Assembly: GCA_965202585.1 (NCBI GenBank)
Contig: OZ241828.1
Location: forward strand, 46,438,001 to 46,502,000
Reading direction: 5' to 3'
DNA: 64,000 nucleotides
From: Thalia democratica
Lineage: Eukaryota
Shown here piece by piece: positions 62,401-64,000 of the stretch. The stretch's first letter is position 1; the number at the start of each line of letters is the position of its first letter. The notes under the pieces are model-generated. The model did no database searches and was not told where the DNA came from. It saw nothing but the letters and a program-made list of their open reading frames with translations. A program made the position numbers and the translations under genes.

Positions 62401-64000
62401 CGCCGTATCCGCCAGCAAATGGTCTGTCACCGGCCATTGGTTTGCCTCCTACAGCCAATCGTGCTGAGTCAAAGTCTCCGAGGTCTTTGTGATCGTCAGC
62501 GAACACAATACCGTCGTGATCTCCGTAGTAAGAACCGTCTCCCTTGAATGCTGCTGGCATGAAACCTCCGTCGGTAACAATTGAGCTGTCACCGTAGACT
62601 TCGTCATCTGCAGCTGGCACTCCTTGGATCACAATGGCTTGTTGAGCTGGAGCTGAATCTCCCTTGAACGGCTTGCCGCTGTCGGCAGCAACCGGTGAGT
62701 ATCCTGCGCCGTATCCGCCAGCAAATGGTCTGTCACCGGCCATTGGTTTGCCTCCTACAGTCAATCGTGCTGAGTCAAAGTCTCCGAGGTCTTTGTGATC
62801 GTCAGCGAACACAATACCGTCGTGATCTCCGTAGTAAGAACCGTCTCCCTTGAATGCTGCTGGCATGAAACCTCCGTCGGTAACAATTGAGCTGTCACCG
62901 TAGACTTCGTCATCTGCAGCTGGCACTCCTTGGATCACAATGGCTTGTTGAGCTGGTGCTGAATCTCCCTTGAACGGCTTGCCGCTGTCGGCAGCAACCG
63001 GTGAGTATCCTGCGCCGTATCCGCCAGCAAATGGTCTGTCACCGGCCATTGGTTTGCCTCCTACAGCCAATCGTGCTGAGTCAAAGTCTCCGAGGTCTTT
63101 GTGATCGTCAGCGAACACAATACGGTCGTGATCTCCGTAGTAAGAACCGTCTCCCTTGAATGCTCCTGGCATGAAACCTCCGTCGGTAACAATTGAGCTG
63201 TCACCGTAGACTTCGTCATCTGCAGCTGGCAATCCTTGGATCACAATGGCTTGTTGAGCTGGTGCTGAATCTCCCTTGAACGGCTTGCCGCTGTCGGCAG
63301 CAACCGGTGAGTATCCTGCGCCGTATCCGCCAGCAAATGGTCTGTCACCGGCCATTGGTTTGCCTCCTACAGCCAATCGTGCTGAGTCAAAGTCTCCGAG
63401 GTCTTTGTGATCGTCAGCGAACACAATACCGTCGTGATCTCCGTAGTAAGAACCGTCTCCCTTGAATGCTGCTGGCATGAAACCTCCGTCGGTAACAATT
63501 GAGCTGTCACCGTAGACTTCGTCATCTGCAGCTGGCACTCCTTGGATCACAATGGCTTGTTGAGCTGGTGCTGAATCACCCTTGAACGGCTTGCCGCTGT
63601 CGGCAGCAACCGGTGAGTATCCTGCGCCGTATCCGCCAGCAAATGGTCTGTCACCTGCCATTGGTTTGCCTCCTACAGCCAATCGTGATGGATGGTCGTA
63701 ACCCTTGTCCTTGTGGTTGTTATCGAAGATAACACCTTGATCGTCTGCAACGTATCCGGCGTTGTCGAAGAACGGAACGTCGAACTTGTTACCGTCACTG
63801 AGAACTTGTTCGTCAGCGTAGAAAGCGTCACTCAATGCTGGAGCACCTCCAACAATAATGGCTTGTTGAGCTGGAGCTGAATCTCCCTTGAACGGCTTGC
63901 CGCTGTCGGCAGCAACCGGTGAGTATCCTGCGCCGTATCCGCCAGCAAATGGTCTGTCACCGGCCATTGGTTTGCCTCCTACAGCCAATCGTGCTGAGTC
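15840..64000 (-). CDS. Giant secreted vWF/gel-forming-mucin-family protein (5'-truncated in window; 17 exons; at least 15,275 aa) with a non-PTS Asp/Gly/Ala/Tyr-rich tandem repeat domain
   Basis: All 16 introns are GT-AG and every exon phase matches by manual translation. 14,081 codons from the giant exon plus 1,194 aa from 16 Cys-rich exons. The domain order VWC-VWD-C8-TIL-VWC(n)-CTCK is the established vWF/mucin C-terminal arrangement. Confidence 0.93.
16285..16465 (-). CDS. Exon: VWC-like module
   Basis: VGQTWAAKNDTCTSCKCEM...GCCQYCET; ttttag acceptor, gtttgt donor, phase 0 to 1. Confidence 0.88.
16539..16789 (-). CDS. Exon: VWC module
   Basis: SCSPPDMCVHNDESYKPGTTWNEDICTECSC...ACCGDCVPTTCHYDGVEHT; donor gtaagt, phase 1 to 0. 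Confidence 0.9.
16978..17255 (-). CDS. Exon: Cys-rich VWC-like repeats
   Basis: SLCPLNELKCESW...SCCTQTRCECD...CCKKSTCVC...CGCKQ; donor gttagt, phase 2 to 1. Confidence 0.88.
17327..17523 (-). CDS. Exon: Cys-rich VWC-like repeats
   Basis: KMIDQSKCCVETTQCECDSTQC...SCCPSVFEQVCTCD; donor gtaatt, phase 0 to 2. Confidence 0.88.
17716..17881 (-). CDS. Exon: Cys-rich VWC-like repeats
   Basis: CDRASCPSVEQPVCSEGEKLQVRNPGQCCVQYQCVCDSSTC...YKLK; donor gtgagt, phase 2 to 0. Confidence 0.88.
18014..18318 (-). CDS. Exon: Cys-rich VWC-like repeats
   Basis: DFKCPVFEKPICG...ECCVEFRCTC...ECCKSQVCEC...RCCNEYEC; donor gtaagt, phase 0 to 2. Confidence 0.88.
18389..18508 (-). CDS. Exon: Cys-rich VWC-like segment
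   Basis: VQMTAACDVPKTCRPNEITKTIATNTCCQVNECVPQETCK; phase 0 to 0; not in the ORF track. Confidence 0.85.
18638..18781 (-). CDS. Exon: end of TIL and start of VWC
   Basis: VLLDGVCVKPSNCPVCVDESGKGRFIGESWTKSDNLCVTSTCTNDGNI; donor gtgagt, phase 0 to 0. Confidence 0.87.
18875..19095 (-). CDS. Exon: end of C8 and TIL domain
   Basis: ATPCHALSSLANTCTTCDKVCVDWRNDELCPVECPVGTTYKACAQ...GCFCNDNM. The WR...CPxxCP...Y..C...GCxC pattern is C8-TIL. Phase 1 to 0. Confidence 0.9.
19163..19355 (-). CDS. Exon: linker and C8 domain
   Basis: IGSITDATIDSFNL...YQLCGEFMANQFASCSVDKLMYLGSCASYLSN; phase 0 to 1. Confidence 0.85.
19417..19656 (-). CDS. Exon: second half of VWD domain
   Basis: IEIDGENHELELEG...WSVSVPHTYQNQVTGLCGAC. 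The (Y/F)xxxxxGLCGxC motif is diagnostic of VWD. Donor gtaagt. Confidence 0.92.
19722..19939 (-). CDS. Exon: first half of VWD domain
   Basis: CVCKGLSTYWTMFDHKL...GTFTLV...DFAVTVERAECDSAVCLTSITI. This corresponds to the VWD start CxxxGxxHYxTFD, without GDPH. Phase 1 to 0. Confidence 0.9.
20000..20226 (-). CDS. Exon: VWC module
   Basis: CEQVQCLDKNGVVYHAGDVF...CSECVCDKNGNPICQKKICP...GCCPLYTCS; donor gtaagt, phase 2 to 1. Confidence 0.9.
20360..20403 (-). ncRNA. Hammerhead ribozyme-like motif in an intron of the giant gene (sense orientation)
   Basis: Minus strand reads CUUGG-CUGAGGA-C-GCGU(AUUAA)ACGC-A-GAAA-CAGCUG-U-A-CCAAG: 5-bp stem I, 4-bp stem II with a C.A mismatch at the closing position, palindromic stem III ACAGCUGU, GUA triplet. 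It lies between (TA)n tracts. Confidence 0.65.
20421..20468. repeat. (TA)n microsatellite
   Basis: About 48 bp of near-perfect AT dinucleotide repeat in intron 20227-20626. Confidence 0.95.
20627..20988 (-). CDS. Exon: VWC and VWC-like repeats
   Basis: IGEVWNENCEECTCLESGTQC...GCCPTYECVCDHSMC...ACCPEYRCLC...DCCPTY; phase 0 to 2. Confidence 0.9.
21477..21665 (-). CDS. Exon: VWC module
   Basis: SGSVWKENRGCTNCICIGGISKCTQEICDTVTCPQG...GDCCPSCVPSDKTCESGTKT; attag acceptor, gttagt donor, 189 nt, phase 0 to 0. The ORF track shows this region in the wrong frame. Confidence 0.92.
21758..64000 (-). CDS. Giant coding exon (at least 42,243 nt, open at window edge)
   Basis: No stop or frameshift from 64000 to 21758. 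Donor ACT|gttagt at 21757 is in phase with the next exon. The last ~110 aa are a degenerate repeat, a Ser/Asn-rich linker and CPG...CPSSQVWDGRNCVSSEDCPC. Confidence 0.92.
22064..63985 (-). repeat. Coding tandem array: 137 complete 306-bp units of two types (52 A, 85 B)
   Basis: 41,922 bp / 306 = 137. Shared 42 aa: AVGGKPMAGDRPFAGGYGAGYSPVAADSGKPFKGDSAPAQQA. A module: IIVGGAPALSDAFYADEQVLSDGNKFDVPFFDNAGYVADDQGVIFDNNHKDKGYDHPSRL. B module: IVIQGVPAADDEVYGDSSIVTDGGFMPAAFKGDGSYYGDHDGIVFADDHKDLGDFDSARL. A degenerate partial unit lies at ~21975-22063. Confidence 0.97.

Noticed and set aside
22994-63880. About 47 near-identical 60-62 aa plus-strand ORFs (MVVTLVLVVVIEDNT...)
   Set aside because: They are antisense shadows of type A modules. 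They are lost by changes that are silent or tolerated on the minus strand (e.g. ~27584, 45638, 49310, 51146, 62162), so there is no sign of selection on them.
22064-63985. CRISPR-like reading (constant 126-bp block with variable 180-bp spacers) or non-coding satellite
   Set aside because: There are only two spacer types, the lengths are far outside CRISPR range, there are no cas genes, and the context is a spliced eukaryotic gene. The frame is open throughout and splices into Cys-rich exons.
22064-63985. Neuropeptide-precursor interpretation (GK amidation-like sites, monobasic R)
   Set aside because: There are no dibasic sites or short repeated amidated peptides, GK is followed by Pro, and the vWF/CTCK C-terminus points to a polymeric matrix protein.
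22064-63985. Strong donor-like sequence G|GTGAGT once per unit
   Set aside because: It is on the plus (antisense) strand, arising from the GYSP codons, so it is irrelevant to splicing of the minus-strand gene.
63986-63988. Start codon implied by the ORF track for the 14,086-aa ORF
   Set aside because: It is the TTG Leu of ...DSARL. The frame continues to the window edge, so the true start is outside.

Overview
Very AT-rich eukaryotic genomic DNA with short GT-AG introns; the style suggests a cnidarian such as Hydra, but this is inference. The window is dominated by the 3' part of one giant minus-strand gene (15840-64000, 5' end outside the window). I reconstructed 17 exons by hand, all phase-compatible, encoding at least 15,275 aa. 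One exon is at least 42,243 nt of uninterrupted ORF: 137 complete 306-bp (102-aa) units, each a shared 42-aa block plus one of two 60-aa alternative modules (52 type A, 85 type B). The repeats are rich in Asp, Gly, Ala, Tyr and Phe and poor in Ser/Thr, so this is not a PTS mucin domain. Sixteen small exons follow and encode a vWF/gel-forming-mucin-type C-terminus (partial TIL, VWC-like repeats, VWD, C8, TIL, VWC-like repeats, cystine knot) ending in DDEL. Positions 1-15.8 kb hold an exon missed by the ORF track (Thr/Lys-rich stalk plus a transmembrane helix, + strand), several non-autonomous transposons including a hAT with an 8-bp TSD nested in a long inverted repeat, and a MULE transposase relic. 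Four hammerhead-ribozyme-like motifs occur in the window, one in sense orientation inside an intron of the giant gene.
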